Source: Hylemonella sp. (GTDB lineage: Bacteria; Pseudomonadota; Gammaproteobacteria; Burkholderiales; Burkholderiaceae_C). Taken from it: 64,000 nt of DNA. Position numbers and translations under genes: made by a program. The notes below the pieces were generated by a model. It did not search any database. It saw only the letters and a list, made by a program, of their open reading frames with translations, and was not told where the DNA came from. Shown here in pieces: positions 63,986 to 64,000 of this stretch. The DNA is taken from the NCBI GenBank assembly GCA_040377375.1, contig JBEIOV010000004.1, forward strand, positions 66,249-130,248. Reading direction: 5' to 3'. The stretch's first letter is position 1. Each line of letters begins with the position of its first letter.

Positions 63986-64000
63986 ACGGTGGTCATGAGC

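Overview
GC-rich betaproteobacterial chromosome segment. The gene order suggests Burkholderiales, probably Comamonadaceae; this is inference and no database search was possible. I call 63 CDS (47 on the minus strand, 16 on the plus strand), giving about 91% coding by my own coordinates. Almost all are recognisable housekeeping genes in well-known syntenic blocks. These blocks are rlmB; tesA/ybbA-like/selU; metC; purA-hisZ-yjeT-hflC-hflK-hflX-hfq-der-bamB-yfgM-hisS-ispG-rodZ-pilW-rlmN-ndk; rluB-scpB; rluD/bamD; dinG-like helicase; sucA-sucB-lpdA-zapE; prpE; pncB; a phasin gene; clpS-clpA; icd; sodB; xseA; and exbB-exbD-lpxK-ycaR-kdsB-adk. I found no rRNA or tRNA genes and no CRISPR array. I also found no transposase, integrase or phage genes, and no recognisable defence or toxin-antitoxin modules. 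The window reads as ordinary core genome, and I do not see a convincing novel multi-gene system. The least explained items are listed here in rough order of interest. (1) A 517-bp non-coding gap with nested inverted repeats next to an ABC ATPase that lacks a permease partner (1231-1747). (2) A secreted Ala/Lys/Glu repeat protein built from perfect 33-bp tandem repeats (56709-57062). (3) A secreted coiled-coil ORF translationally coupled to zapE at the end of the 2-oxoglutarate dehydrogenase cluster. (4) A ~200-nt tail after the phasin gene that ends in a very strong terminator and could be an sRNA. (5) Several palindromic or repeated candidate operator sites: a PhaR-like site at the phasin promoter, a Fur-like site at an orphan Fe3+-binding protein gene, and repeats upstream of prpE and exbB. 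Functional calls rest on motifs I recognise in the supplied translations plus synteny. Many starts were trimmed from the ORF track by reading the DNA, and several genes use GTG or TTG starts.
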